From Octopus vulgaris (lineage: Eukaryota): DNA of 64,000 nt. The stretch lies in NCBI GenBank assembly GCA_951406725.2, contig OX597828.1, positions 3,286,001 to 3,350,000 on the forward strand, read 5' to 3'. The position numbers and the translations under genes are program-made. Under the pieces are notes generated by a model. That model ran no database searches and had not been told where the DNA came from. It saw only the letters and a list, made by a program, of their open reading frames with translations. Positions 1-13,702 of this stretch are shown piece after piece (the first letter of the stretch is position 1; each line of letters opens with the position of its first letter).

Positions 1-112
1 CTATCGTAATCCGTAAGCCCATCCTTTGAAAGAAAGCTATAATGTCCTTCCTAAGTCTATCTGATTCATGGCCGTTTAGATTATGCGTGGCTATAAGGCC
101 GTCATCCCTATA
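1..112 (-). mobile_element. Penelope-like (Naiad-type) reverse transcriptase fragment, 5'-truncated at the catalytic motif, running off the window start
   Basis: Minus-strand translation YRDDGLIATHNLNGHESDRLRKDIIAFFQRMGLRITI aligns with YKDDALALTANTNGPAQDRFRKDIIQLMKHFGLSITI of the element at 3186-5011. Confidence 0.85.
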
Positions 113-925
113 ATAGGATGTTATATTTTATTTTATATGTCTTTCGTATATATTTTTATTAATGCACCCATTTTTTAAAAGCAATGTTTTTTTTAAAAAA
201 AAGCAATGTTGCCAAATTTAGAATGTTTATATAAGTTTGTATATAGCAAAGTATATATATTTGTAAGCATGCGTATCTGTGTATGTGTAAGTGAAAGTAT
301 GCTTGTGCTTAAGCACGCATACACACGACGGTATGTATATGTATCAATTCAAACTTGTGTATGTATACTGGCCTCTATAGATGCCAATAATATCGCTACA
401 AGTTTTTCCCCACCCCTCCTTCGTTTCTTTTTCTCTCTTTCCTTTCTTTCGTTCCCCCTCCTTGCTCAGTATATGATAATTGCTACATAGATGAATTTTA
501 GCTTGCGTGCGAGACGGTTTGCGTGAATATATGTACACATGCTTTTATGTGTATAATTTAGATTCATATTCATACGTCTGTATATGTATGTATGGCGTTT
601 ACGCGCATCCTTTTGTGTATGTTGATATATATATGTGGATTTTAATATAAATATGTATTGCAGTATTTATAACAGGTTTAATTTCTATGCATTAATTTGT
701 ACTGTCTTCATTAACGACAATAGGTTTTTTCCTCGGTTTTTTCCTCGGATTTTATAATTTTTATAAGTTTTTTTATATATATATACATATATTTTTGACC
801 TTTTTGTTTATCGCTCGAAGATTGACCGTTTTTTCTAAAGGGCCAATCAAACAAGTCCATTTCTTTTTAAAGGTGTAGCGTTTGTAAGAGTATAGATTGA
901 ATTAATATATATGTTCCATTCTAGC

Positions 926-974
926 AAAAACTGTCTGATGAACGGCAACGAGAAACTCAGAGTAACAGATTTTG
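926..974 (+). ncRNA. Minimal type I hammerhead ribozyme in a Penelope pseudo-LTR-like segment (about 120-1075)
   Basis: Stem I ctgt(931-934)/acag(965-968), extendable with caaaa/ttttg; core CTGATGA 935-941; stem II cg-GCAA-cg; GAAA 952-955; near-palindromic stem III ctc-a-gag; GTA triplet. Confidence 0.8.
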
Positions 975-1489
975 TTGAATTTTCTGCTGCTTAAAATAAA
1001 GCATATTACTCTACCACTGGTATTTGAGTACTCTTTTTTCCACCTTGTTTCACATTTATGTGTTTACTCCGGTATATATATATATATATATATATATACA
1101 TACACACATATGTATGTAGGTATTAGATGTGTATGTGTGTTTGAGCGTTTCTATGCGCATAATGTTTGAAGTAAATATAAATAGTAATTATTCCATGTCT
1201 CTTAAATGAAACTGATACACTCAGAGTCAGTGAGTGAGTAAAAAGGGAGAAATAGAGATATTCAGAGACTCCTGCACACCTACATGGGACAATGAATAAT
1301 AACACGTCGTTGTGCTTCTTACAAAACTATACATGAATAGAAGCATGCGTATGAGGCAATGTGCATGTTTATGTATATATATATATCTATACATGGACCA
1401 TAAAATTATGCTACAATGATTGACCTTAGTACGGAATTCACATGTCAATACGAGGTACTGCTGATAGATATTTGAGTGGTAACCAGCTT

Positions 1490-2310
1490 ATTTTCTGTAA
1501 TGAGGGTGCAGAGGATTCGGAAAGAGTTGGATGAGTTTAATGATGATTACGAAGGTTCGGCCCTTCGGAAAACTAACTCTGATCGTTCTGATGAGGAAAT
1601 AACGCCTGAATTTGCCGGTGAGATCCAGGCTATGATTGACAACGATCCCTCCAAGTCAATCAGGTCCTCTACCAGGGACATGGAAGTGTGTGGGTTTCTG
1701 ATCAGACAGGTAGTGCATGAAGACATTCGGTAATCCTCATAAAGATGAGAAAGAGCCAATTTTTATACAAGCTATCAATGAAAACAAGAAAAACCGCGTT
1801 ACGAAGCTTTTGAACAAATTCAAACATTCTCTCCAACCGAACATGTTTCGTTTTATTCCTCAGACGAGAAAAACTTCTGTCAGGATGGTTAACACACAGA
1901 ACAACCGTTGGCGTGCCGTGTCCCCAAAACATGTACCTACAATGATAAAAATCAAACGTCCAGTCAACATCATGGTGTTTAGACGTTAACCTCCATTTAT
2001 TTTCCTACACGGCTTCAGACTCAACATGGAGGCCTACATCAAGTGCCCGGAGGAGGTAGAGCTGCTCAGGGCCAAGAGGGTTGCGGCTGGAAGATCCTAT
2101 GTCTGACAGCAGGACTCTGTACTATGTCACACAAGCAGGAGAATCCAGTCATAGTTGTCAGACAATTTCTGCGACCACACCACCCCTAACATCTGGCCAA
2201 TTAACTCTTCAGACTGCAGCCCACTGATTATTATGTGTTGGGCGCAGTTGAGCAAGAGACCAACGAAACTCCTTGTAACACCAAAGATTAATTGAAGGCA
2301 AGGATTATGT
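1490..2310 (+). mobile_element. Decayed Tc1/mariner-superfamily transposase (DD37D/maT-like)
   Basis: Frameshifted pieces IDNDPSKSIRS, VNTQNNRW, QQDSVLCHTSR and WPINSSDCSP..DYYVLGAVEQETN resemble the QQDSAPxH and WPPNSPDxNPLDY motifs. Confidence 0.75.
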
Positions 2311-2317
2311 GTATCGT

Positions 2318-2505
2318 TTATCTTTTACTTGTTTCAGCCATTAGATTGCAGCAATGAGTCCTTAGTTGTAAGAAGCAGCCCCAGTACTTATTTATTTAAG
2401 CCTGGTACTTATTTAATCTGACTCTATTGCCGAACCACTAAGTTACAAGGACGTAGACACATCCACACCGATTGCGACACAACAGTGGGGGATAAGCACA
2501 AACAT
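2318..2505 (-). mobile_element. 3' part of the abundant tRNA-derived SINE (family A)
   Basis: ttttacttgtttcagccatt...cctggtacttattt...gccgaaccactaagtta matches copies at 51580-51962 and 18130-18575. Confidence 0.7.
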
Positions 2506-2571
2506 ACATACACACACACATACGCACACACACGTATACACGTATATTTACGAGGGGCCTATTTCAATGAA

Positions 2572-2872
2572 GTTTCAATTCATTACGGCCGTTTCGAGCG
2601 ATTCCTTTAATTGAGCAATGAAAGCGTTACATCATTACAAAGAAAACCGTTCTCATCAGATAACCGTATAGACTTCAAGCATAAAGGACAAGTTAGATAT
2701 TTAGACATATTCATATCATCAATAGAGTTATGAATAAGTTTGAATATCTAACCTGTCCTTTATGCTTGATGTCTACGCGGTCATCTGATGAGAACGGTTT
2801 TCTTTGTAATGATGTAATGATTTCATTGATCAAGTAAAGGAATTACTCGAATCGGTTGTAACGAATTGAAAC
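2572..2872. repeat. About 300 bp imperfect palindrome formed by two inverted copies of an HHR-bearing element
   Basis: gtttcaattcattacgg...aaggacaagttagatat is mirrored by atatctaacctgtcctt...aacgaattgaaac; centre near 2720. Confidence 0.9.
2580..2663 (-). ncRNA. Type I hammerhead ribozyme with long stem II
   Basis: Minus strand: ttat CTGATGA gaacggttttcttt...aaaggaatcgctc GAAA cggccg TA atga, with palindromic stem III ACGGCCGT; the + strand mirror copy (about 2781-2864) has GAAA changed to GAAT. Confidence 0.7.
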
Positions 2873-3117
2873 ATATATCTATGTTACTCATTTATATTTT
2901 ACTCATCTACCCTGGAATCTGCACTTCGGAAGTATTTGGAAAGTATATTTATATAAAGTGCATGTCTGAACAAACAAGTGCCATCTGGATACTCTGCATG
3001 AATATCGGGTGGAAAAATTATATGTCGAATTTGATACTCACCTGATATTGTCTGAGAGTGCAAATAAGTTCGTCCTAACAAGGTGCCTCAATTTAAGTAT
3101 CTAATTCAACTGAATCT

Positions 3118-3185
<68 letters not shown>

Positions 3186-3187
<2 letters not shown>

Positions 3188-5011
3188 TCATATAAAAAGC
3201 TCCAAGAAAAAAGCACTTTTTTCGGATAAAACCAAGAACTTATACCTGGTAGATAACAGCAAATACACACAACTCTTACACAACAGCATCATTAATAATT
3301 ATACTAAGGCTAGTGCACAGACATATAACGAAAGTAATAAAGAAGCTAGCGTCATCGCCGCTAAACTTAAATTAGATAAAAAAATAGAAGCCCTCCCCCA
3401 AAAAGAGGCCTTTATTACTATTAAAGATCATAAAGAAAACTTCTTTTCCAACCCTAAATGTAGGCTTATCAACCCAGCCAAGTCAGAACTTGGGATTATT
3501 AGCAAAGAAATTTTAGATAAAATAAATACGAAAATTAAGACCGATACTAGGCTAGTACAATGGTCCAATAGTATAGAAGTCGTAGACTGGTTTAAAGCTA
3601 TTAAGAATAAGAAAAAAGCGAGGTTTACACAATTCGATATTGTTGATTTTTATGCCTCTATCTCTAAAGAACTGCTAGATAAAGCCCTTATCTTCGCTAG
3701 TGACTTCATAGAAATTAGTACCAATGATAAGGACATAATCTTCCATGCTAGAAAGACCTTACTTTTCAGTGAGAACGCAAAGTGGGTAAAAAACACCGAC
3801 ACAGAGGGCGCTTTCGATGTGAGCATGGGTTCATATGATGGGGCAGGCATCTGTGATCTAATTGGACTTTTTCTCCTAGATACCTTAGGTAAGACATTCC
3901 CTAACGTACATTTCGCCATCTACAAAGATGATGCCCTCGCCTTAACAGCTAATACAAATGGACCAGCACAAGATCGTTTTAGGAAGGATATTATCCAGTT
4001 AATGAAACACTTCGGACTTAGTATAACTATAGATACTAACCTGACGGTTGTCAATTTCTTAGACGTTTCCTTAGATCTTAATAAGAATATTTATAAGCCT
4101 TATAGGAAGCCCAATGATAGACTAAGTTATATTAATGTAGGTTCATGCCATCCCCCTATAGTATTCAAAAATTTAGTTAAAAATATTAGTAAGAGGATTT
4201 CTAGCCTCTCATCTGATGAGGACATCTTCAATAGCGTTGCCCCAGTTTATAATAAGGCTTTAAAAGATAGTGGTTTTAGCGATAAAATAAAATATACACC
4301 TATCACTAGCCCAACAGTAAGGAAAAGGAATAATAGAAATAGGAAGGTCATCTGGTTTACGCCCCTTACTCACCCGAGGTGGCCTTCAATATAGGTAAAT
4401 ATTTCCTAGCACTGATAGATAGACATTTTCCAGTTAACCATACTTATAGGAAACTCTTCAATAGACACAATTTAAAAATTAGTTTTAGTTCAACTACCAA
4501 TTTTAAAAACATAATCAAACATAACATACAAAAAACACAAGAAGAAAACAGCTGTTCATGCAGGAATAAAGAATTGTGCCCGCTAAATGGAGCTTGCATG
4601 TCCAAGACCATCATATATGAAGCTACCGTAAACTCTATAACCACTAAAGACACCGTTTCGACGAAGAAATACGTGGGCCTTACAGAGGGTAATTTCAAGG
4701 CCAGGTTCAATAACCACACTTTGAGCTTTAGGCACTGGAACAAAAGAAAAGCGACACAATTATCTAATCATATTTGGTCTTTAAGAGATAAAGGTGTCGA
4801 TTATAACATACAATGGAAGATTTTGGCCAGATGTAAGCCCTATACTAACGGCAGCGGAAGGTGCGGTCTATGCGACATGGAGAGATGGCTTATCTGGAAA
4901 AGCAGCTTAGACCCTACTACATGTCTAAATACAAGGACAGAGCTTTTCGGATCATGCCCACATGTGACTAAATTTCTGTTACGTTTTTGGTCCCCTAAAG
5001 AAAACAGATAG
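3186..5011 (+). pseudogene. PLE polyprotein: RT, CxCx5Cx5C linker and GIY-YIG endonuclease, one frameshift
   Basis: Frame open from 3186: KDHKENF..NPKCRLINPAKSELG, FDIVDFYASI, FDVSMGSYDGA, YKDD; 1-nt loss in the C-run near 4362-4365 (WFTPPYSPEV); then CSCRNKELCPLNGAC, IIYEATV...KYVGLTEGNFKARFNNH, CGLCDME, CPH. Confidence 0.92.
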
Positions 5012-5239
5012 AACATGCTTTCTATGTTATGTCCCAAGAAGAATTTATATATTTTTATATATTTTTATATATTTTTTATATATATTTTTTATGTTTTTTT
5101 AATGTATTTTTATATAATTTTTTACATAATTTTTATGACGAAAAATGCGAGCGATGTATAAGTACGCAGGCAAGCAGAGTTATAACTGAGTAATTTCCCT
5201 TTATTTAACGGTATTTTTTCATAACGTTTTCAAATAGCC

Positions 5240-5302
5240 AGATAACCGAAGAGATGTTGTTGTGGATTTCCACTTCGGCATCTGAAACTCAGAGTTTTAT
5301 CT
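5240..5302 (+). ncRNA. Hammerhead-like motif at the PLE 3' end (variant core)
   Basis: agataa CCGAAGA gatgttg..cggcatc t GAAA ctcagag TT ttatct; 6-bp stem I, same stem III as the 926 motif, U4>C. Confidence 0.65.
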
Positions 5303-5324
5303 TGACTACCGAGTAATGTAATAT

Positions 5325-5849
<525 letters not shown>

Positions 5850-5944
5850 TAAACTGAATTAAGCATAATGGCAACTTACAATGACATGAACGGGATAAAC
5901 AAGTGAACAATGCAGGATAACTGTAAAAGTCGAATTCTGACGAT

Positions 5945-7975
5945 AAAATGTGAATAAAATAGAAGTCGCTTACTATAAAAAAGTCAATGCATGAGCGAAC
6001 AATATTTCCTGTCCTGATGATGAATCTGAGATTATTTGGATACATTGATAATGATGAATTTAGGAAGATTATTGTTTCAAACTATCTTAATATCTGCAAG
6101 GATATAAAAGATATTTTAGCCGTCATTTTTGCATAATGATGACCTAAGAGCGGAAGAAAAAGTATATAAAATAATAAGAAAAAGATATATAACTAAAAAT
6201 ATAAAAGTAAATAGGAGGAGGACAAAGGAAATAAAGACAGAAAACTATTGCTCATGTCCGGCCGTGACCGAGAAGGAGAGGCAAGAATAGTGAAAGTGAG
6301 AGAAATTATTGGGTTGTCTGGAAAGTTCGTGCCGATTTTTAAAGGAAAGAAAAAAGAATTAAGGTTGTTTCATGGCAAAGAATTCATCAAGGTATCTTTT
6401 TACATCATCCAAGGAATTGAAATTTTTACCATTAAGACTATTCTGCAGAGACCTGAATAAGTGGAAATCCGAAGGCAATATCCGGTGAATATTCCAACCG
6501 AGCTGCAGCAATTTTTGTCTGGTTCCCAAAGCATCAAGTGCCGCAATATGAACTTTCTTATCTTCCATTTTAAAGGGTTACAGAATTAACACAGGTTATA
6601 GGAACATAAACCTTCTTCCACGAGAAGATAGCTTAAACTGTGCTCTAAATGGAGGTGTAGTCATATCCTATTTTATGGACTCAACCATGTTCTAAAATAA
6701 GTCGAAAGGTAAGCTACTATGAATCGGCACGAACTTTCCGGACAACCCAATATATGTCTATGTAGAAATCCTTGTGTTGAATGACATGTGTCGTGAATTG
6801 CTTTACAGGATGAATATAAGGTGTTCTTATTTATAGGAGACACTTGCAATCTTTGTAGAAAAGGTGGTTGCTAGTTGTTGGCTAATTAAAAAAAAAAATA
6901 GTTGCTTTATGTCATTTAATGACATTGCTATTTTTGATATTCAGTATTCGATTTGCACAACTATTGTCATCTGTAATATTAATTTTCTACATATTCTGCA
7001 GAATTCTCGTCTATCTCTATATCTGCCACAGACCAAATTTGCCACCGTTAAAGTATTATTCCAAATATCAGAGAGACTATCAGCCTGATAAGACTGGATG
7101 CCAAAACAACTTCTTTAAAGCTACTTAGAAAACGATAAAATTCCTATCACGATCTGAAACCATCACTTTTCCCGAAGCTTCCCTTACTTTAAAAGTTCTC
7201 TGAATTATAATACAGGACTTCTGCATAAAAAATTTGCTTCACCAACTCATACAAATGTTTTCAGAACGAATATCACAACTCGAATCTCACAACCCTGCTA
7301 AGAAATGACCACAACGTTAGAGTAGTGAAACCATATTTGTGGTCGACCACGAGAAATAAATTGGCTTAAATACTTTTTTTGACGTACAATTACAAGTTAG
7401 CATAGCAATCCTTTTGTCTGCGTCAGTTGTGATAAACGGAACAACATTACCATTGACGTTACTATTATATAGACTGACACCGATACACAGTTCATCTGTT
7501 GCATTCTTTTTTCGTCCCAAATGTGATATTTGCATAAAATAGAAGTCATTTACTATATAAAAAATGTCAAACGGGAGCGAATAATACTTCATATCTTGAT
7601 GACGAATTTGAGATTGCTTGGATACGTTCAGAATAATGGATTTAGGAAGTTTATTGTTTCAAACAAACTACAAGGTTATTAAGATAGTTTAGTCGTCGTT
7701 TTTATCTGATGATGATCCAACAGCCGAGGAAAAAATATATTAAAGAAAAATAAAAAATAAATAAAAAGAAGGATAGAAGAGAAAAAAACTGAAGAGTATT
7801 GGTCATTTATGTTCTATTGTGAACGAGGTGAGAGAAGAGTGAAAGTGAGAGAAATTAGATGTCTACTATATTGTGTAGAAATCCATGTACAAAATCGTGT
7901 CATGAATTGTGATACACGATGAACATAGGAAGAACTTGCAATCATTGTTGTCTAATAAAAAAAATAAATAAAACA
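5945..7975 (+). repeat. Diverged direct repeat, copies at about 5945-6900 (interrupted by a mariner) and about 7520-7975
   Basis: Colinear blocks ataaaatagaagtc, tttaggaag.ttattgtttcaaac, gaaagtgagagaaatta and tgtagaaatcc in both copies. Confidence 0.75.
6309..6750 (-). mobile_element. Internally deleted mariner with intact TIRs and TA target-site duplication
   Basis: TIR ttgggttgtctggaaagttcgtgccgatt / aatcggcacgaactttccggacaacccaa; TA at 6307-6308 and 6751-6752; internal PSDFHLFRSLQNSLNGKNF. Confidence 0.93.
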
Positions 7976-8347
7976 AATTAAAAAAAATTAATTGTTTTAT
8001 CGATACAAACCCACTCCAAAACTTAACATCGAAATGTCTCACTTACTTCCCTTTCTGACAGAGGGAATGAATTCTGTGTTATTGTATCAAATAAATAAAA
8101 TGAGTTAGCATTCAAACAACTCAATAACAATGATCTACACACCAAATTTACAGGAACCACGCCAATCTAGAACGAGGATTTAATCAACCCAACCCGGATT
8201 AATATCTGCAACTGTCGTAAGCTCCCTATCAAGTTTAAAACCAATTTTGCCACTAGAAGTAGCAAATTTCCCACATTCTATCACCTTGTCAAAATAGATA
8301 AAGATGGCTACCTTAAGTATGCCCCTGTATAATATCTCTAACCTTCT

Positions 8348-8558
8348 AAGGCGGCGATCTGGCATAATCGTTAGCACGCCGTGTTAAAAAGTCCATAGCG
8401 GCATTTCGTCCGGTTTTACGTTCGGAGTTAAATTCGAGGTCGACTTTTCCTTTCACCCTTTTGAGGTTGATAAAATAAGTACCAGTTGAACACTGGGGTT
8501 GATGCAATTAACTTATTCGCTCCGGGAAATTGCTGGTCTCGTGCCAAAATTTGAACCA
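8348..8558 (+). mobile_element. tRNA-derived SINE (family C)
   Basis: aggcggcgatctggcataatcgttagc...gtcgacttttcctttcacccttttgaggttgataaaataagtaccag; homologous to 24491-24708, 26490-26700 and 36442-36650. Confidence 0.8.
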
Positions 8559-9759
8559 AATATTTTAAATCTTTCCCGGACACCTCTGTGGCTCTGATGT
8601 GGCCATCCACCTAATGTATCAACTGAAACACAATTCACCTAAAAGCAACAGATACGCATTCAGTCTTGATGTTGTCCTTTTCTCTCTATATACACTCTAG
8701 AACCTAGCCTTCTGGATGTCTTTCTCCTGACCAACTAATCTCTGCTGTTTCAATTTCACTGCTTCATCCACCCAGCAACTCCTGCATATCATTGTACACT
8801 ACACTTACTTTAATTGGCTTGTCCGAACTCCTAAAAAGTGATAAAGTCTACCCATAGGATCAAGGCTGTCCACCTTACTGGCCATTAGTTGTATAAGCCA
8901 GTTGGGACGTTGTTCACTCAGTTACTAACAGACTCTTACTGTCTTCATCCTGTGATCTATTGAAGATACTGAGTTCGCTCCAGGGGAGTTGACATAACAG
9001 TTGAGTACTGTTCATGCAATGGATATATCCTGTATAATCCGTGGCGATGTTTGATGATGATAGCTCCAATGCGCTTGATCCGTTCAAGGTCTGCAAGGTT
9101 GTTGATACAATCATCCCATTTGATGTTCATAACTGCTCTCAGTTTTTAATGATTTTGATGATGGAATCGTTCCAGTTTTCGAATATATATGTGTATTTAT
9201 ATAACTGAATACGATAGAATCAAGAAGTACGGTTAGACAGTTATTTTATAATCATTACTCCCGTTTCCATACAACATAGATCTTCATATAAACAGGGTTT
9301 AAATTATGCAATGATTTACCTGTATAATGGGATCCAGTTCTTCAGGTCATATAGAATTACTGTCCCTGTTAGTTACAAAACCTTCGACTTCGATGCTGCC
9401 TCGTTTGAACTTAGTAAACAACACATTTTCGCGTCTGTGTATTGAATGTGCCACCACCATCGATGTTTCTTTCTTTAACTCCGGATCTGGTGACATTGTT
9501 GTTGTTGTTGGAGTCACTGCCGGTGCTGCAACGGAACCACCAGAATCACGTCTGGTGGTTCTGTTGCTGCTGGCGTAGCAGCTATTTCCGGTCGCAAATT
9601 TAGTGTTACTGATGCCATCGTAACTGTTAGTATTGTTGTCTCCTCTGCTGCTCGAAGCGCTGCTGTTGCCACCGTCGTAGCTGCCACCATTGTTATCGTT
9701 TTTGCTGTTGTCGGCGGATGTGCCGTTGTTGCTTAGGCTGTTACTGAGGCTGCCTGTGC

Positions 9760-10265
9760 CGGCCATCATTTCAACCTCATACACGACCCCCTCGGCTTAG
9801 TATCGACCCCTCCCTCCACTGGACAGTCATTGTACATCCTATATGAGCCTCTGCTCGCGACTTAGGGGTGCTCAATAAAATTTTCTTAACATTGAGCGCG
9901 CAACTGAAGGATAACTTTAAGTTTTGCCTATTAAAATTCGTCTGTATCTGTGCGACCGTGTGATGTTTTTGCCAACAAATCTAAAGAATATTCTTCCCAC
10001 GCAGGTTTTAACATCGAAAGAGAAAGGTGGGACAAACCAAACGATATTACGGTAGCGCTTCCTTTTGCAAGTGCCAAGGCCCGGAATATAGAGATGCAGT
10101 CCTTAAAACCATTGGACACCAGAGCCTCGTTGTAATAAGGGGCCGCGGCGTCGAAAAACTTGAGGACAGGTTCAAGATTTTGTTATTGACACCCTTCACC
10201 ATGTTTCTGAATACGATAGGCGGGCGACAGTAGGCTGTGTTATTGTAGAACAACCTACATTTCAA
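9760..10265 (-). mobile_element. Third, more decayed Naiad-type PLE fragment (RT thumb, linker, start of GIY-YIG)
   Basis: Frameshifted pieces CRPPIVFRNMVKGV, APYYNEALVSNGF, KRKRYRNIVWFVPPFSFDVKTCVG, FNRQNLKLSFS, CPVEG and GVVYEVEM are colinear with the 3186-5011 protein; abuts (TA)n. Confidence 0.8.
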
Positions 10266-10276
10266 ATTTGTATGTA

Positions 10277-10341
<65 letters not shown>

Positions 10342-12047
10342 ATATATTTATATATTTATATATATATATTTATATATTTATATATAATATTTACATACAT
10401 ATATGCATATATATACATACATACACACATACACTTATATTTATTCCTTAATCTTGGATGTTACACAATATATATGTATATGTATGTAAATGTACGTATA
10501 TATGTGCATATTTACACACATATATGCATATATCAACATGCAGATAGCAGATGTCTACACAGATACAAATGTTAGTGCAAAATTCCTTACTTAGAAGAGC
10601 ATTTAAATTCTCTGCAACCGAACTGCTGTGGAGGTCGTGAATTTGGGCTTGCGATCATTCTGATTTGACACTTCACACTGGCTCGACATGATTTGGCAAC
10701 GGGGAGCAGTTTTTATAGTCATATCCAGGAGTATAAGTATCACCACGAGGACAGTAAAATCTTTTTAAAAATCAGAAACAAACCGCAAGCTTATAAACCC
10801 ACAAAGAAGCTATTGTTGGTCGATATGGTTTATAAATACGATTGCAGAAGTGAAAGTTTAAATTTGATGCCTTCAAGTGTTATACGACAGCCTTCTGCTG
10901 GTTCACCAAGGAGAAATTGCGATTCACTGCACTGTACATCAGAAAACAAAATAGAGAGGAAAATATTTGTGGACAAGGTATATACACTCTAAAAATATAG
11001 ACATAAAAATAGACGATTAATGATGCACATAACATAGAAAATCCCAAAACGGAACACAAAGACATTTACTACTTAATAAAAATATATTTCTGGCAGTTGA
11101 CGTACAACTCTAACGACCAAAATCCAAATTCCGGTCGAAATATGGCATTGGATCTACTTATAATAAAATTATCACCTCATCCTGAAGGTGAGGCTACAAC
11201 AGTCTACAACAGCTGATGTCGGATTTGAGTACTTCAGTATTTCAAACACACTGCCAGAAACTTAGAAAATATGAAAAAGAAAGCAAACCATTGATAAAAA
11301 GCATAAAACTAGGACCTCGTGCATTCAGTACAGAATATCTAAAAGAAAATCTGTTCTCAAGTACATATATACATACGTACATACATACATACAGACAGAC
11401 ACACATATATCTTCAAAAGTTCACGAATCTTTCTAAAGACTTTTTTATGTTTTGTTTTATTTCCCATAAAAACGCTTTAAAAGTTAAAATCGAAACATTA
11501 ATGCAGTTTACACATAAGAATCTATGTCGTCTGCTCCTAAACGAAATCTATGACGGCTGCTTCACTTTCTTCTCTTTCTACTTTTGAATGCTCTTACAAA
11601 AACTCATTTCGTATAAAACAAATGGAGGTCAAAGTTTTGTCTGCGATAAAATATATTTTTTGATTTTGAAATATCAATCGTCCGTTTACTTTGATTAACA
11701 GCCAGTAGTTCTTGTAAAATGAAATACACCACATTTCATGCTTAACAGCACAACATCTTTTTAAGGAAAAAAAATTGACGTGCATTGGCAAATAAGGAAG
11801 ACGACAGTAGAAAGAATGAGAAAAATGTAGATAGAGTGGAATAAAAACAGTTCAAAATCGGATATTCTAGCATAAAAAAAACGAAAATTTTATTTCCACT
11901 GATTTACTTTTTCTATTTTTTTTTATTCCTAAACAGTTTATCCATTTACTTTTACGTTTTTCTTTTATGTTTTCTGATCAAGGTGGACCTCTTGATTTAT
12001 ATAGATATATTTTGGTGTTTGTTAGAAGACACTGGCAAGCGTTAACT

Positions 12048-12123
<76 letters not shown>

Positions 12124-12227
12124 GTATATATATATATATTTATTCATGTATGTATGTCTATATATATATATGCATGTATGTATGTCTATATATATATATA
12201 TATATATACATACACACACACACATAT

Positions 12228-12272
<45 letters not shown>

Positions 12273-12442
12273 AACACACATATACGCGTGTCGATCTGTA
12301 TGTGCCTATGTGTACATATATTTATACATGTGTATATATGTCTGCACGTGTGTATATATGTATGCATATATAAATAAATGTTCCAAGAGCACCGAAAATG
12401 CGCACATAACTTCACACGCAACATACAGTCACACACACGCAC

Positions 12443-12487
<45 letters not shown>

Positions 12488-12611
12488 AACACATTGACTA
12501 TTTATTAATTTTTATTGACCTCTCGTATAATCTGCTTCCTGTAATTCCAACCAATTTTTACTTTATTTTCACAATTTTTTTGAGTATGTATATATATATA
12601 TGAAGAGAGAA

Positions 12612-12661
<50 letters not shown>

Positions 12662-13702
12662 AGTGAGAGGGAGAGAAAGATAAAGAGAGAAAGAGAAAGG
12701 AGAAAATGATCAAGTAGATAGAGTGATAGAGGCTGAGAGAAGGAGAGAGAGAGAGAGAGAGGTACTGAAAGGGTCAGTTGGAACATTGGAATAAAAGAAA
12801 TTGCCTGGTACTTCAATACATCACTGTCTTGCTCCCAGAACTTAATTCCAGTCATTAACATCTTCTTACCCTATAAAAATATTCGATTTTTTTTTGTTGA
12901 CATAAAACTTTTGTTTGATAAGCCATAAAGAAATTACAACTATTTTCCTTTTCTATAATGAAAATGATTGGTAAAAATTGTTAGACAAACACATTTGAAG
13001 ACACATGTTTTCGGAAGGTATTTATGTATATATTTTCTAAATGAATAAGTTTGTTAACATTGTTCCATAGTTCTTAAGCTGCTGACTACTGGTATAACTG
13101 TGTTGAGCTAATTCTAAGTTTGGCATTGCGATACGTATCCTCAGACGAAAAAGGCAACAAGTAATGAGCACACCAAATAAATAAATACGGTAAAAATATT
13201 ATTTCTTCTTGTTTCCTTAAGGCTTGACTATTCACATTTTGAAGCATTTCTTGAAATGTTTCTAAGCACAGGATATTGCTTAAAAAAATTCGATTTTTTT
13301 AAGCAAAAATCAAAACTTTTCTTAGTCACTCATTTATATAGAGCGTAGTTTTGCCCCCAAATTGTTTTAGGACTCAATAAAAGATTATTAATTCTATAAC
13401 TAGCAGAACCGCCTTCTTCACTCACTTGATGCTCTTAATTGGTGAGGCCGAGATTATCCCAGGTTCGTGGTCCCAGAGACGTCATCATGTGTTGAGCCGA
13501 TGAAGTCCACCGGTGCCCTCCATTGTAGGCGCTCTCGTGCCGGCTCCTCTGTACCCTCTGTATCCCTCTATTGGGTCTGGTTTTGTTGTGGCGAGGAAGC
13601 TTGCGTTTTCTAAAGATCCGTTTGGAGCTTTGCTTCTGGTAAGGCCACCCCAGGTGGGCCTGTCTCCTGGGGGATGTTCCACACTAATGGTGACGCACGG
13701 CG

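Noticed and set aside
3186-5200. Selenocysteine recoding (known for some Naiad PLEs) and a SECIS at ATGAC near 5135
   Set aside because: The conserved cysteines are TGT/TGC, there is no in-frame TGA, and the downstream sequence lacks SECIS stem pairing and AA-loop spacing.
11967-12603. Long ORFs rich in YI/HT/CV dipeptides (also 23239-23878, 40014-40700, 45450-47178, 49230-49620, 54143-54660)
   Set aside because: These are translations of (TA)n/(CA)n/(TACA)n microsatellites.
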